Source: Ginkgo biloba (lineage: Eukaryota; Plantae; Ginkgophyta). Taken from it: DNA of 20,958 nucleotides. The position numbers and the translations under genes are program-made. The notes under the pieces are model-generated. The model saw only the letters and a list, made by a program, of their open reading frames with translations. It searched no databases and had not been told where the DNA came from. The DNA lies in the NCBI GenBank assembly GCA_024626585.2, contig JANKJI020000002.1:120732839-120753796 (forward strand), written 5' to 3'. Position 1 is the stretch's first letter. Each line of letters begins with the position of its first letter. This document shows positions 20,931 to 20,958 of the stretch, in pieces.

Positions 20931-20958
20931 ATCTTCATATTGGTATTGCCTATGTTAG

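Larger units (their letters stand above)
19660..20958 (-). mobile_element. Non-chromoviral (Tat-like) gypsy gag remnant with Asn/Gly-rich N-terminal region and zinc knuckle(s)
   Basis: Across frameshifts: IYDEHNDPSNHLVLF..TL(K)GTPLL*F..VLKEIKQHGEIICDYDGRLQIIASKL..MLNYFIKGLL. Intact knuckle at 19782-19741 and a decayed second one (YKNYEPGNHHT*ENCP). Confidence 0.78.

Overview
AT-rich, gappy eukaryotic scaffold, almost certainly land plant and most like a gymnosperm. The only host coding sequence I can support is one intact 294-nt internal exon (5176-5469, +) of a canonical plant phytochrome: exon 3, histidine-kinase-related domain, by recalled similarity PHYO/PHYC-like. Exons 2 and 4 are not visible, so nearly the whole window is probably giant intron. 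It is filled with nested, heavily decayed retroelements. These are Ty3/gypsy RT, RNase H, gag, protease and chromodomain fragments, one partial element with 5' LTR, tRNA-iMet PBS, gag, PR and RT (8820-11940, -), and four to five diverged copies of a 1.5-2 kb LTR family. There is also a Tat/Athila-like element (gag with CCHC knuckle, integrase, PPT) split by later insertions, and a 5'-truncated L1 with poly(A). The most unusual local signal is a perfect 49-bp inverted repeat with a 3-nt loop (15736-15836) inside a very decayed LTR. I see no convincing novel protein-coding system. All identities are by-eye estimates and N gaps hide unknown amounts of sequence.
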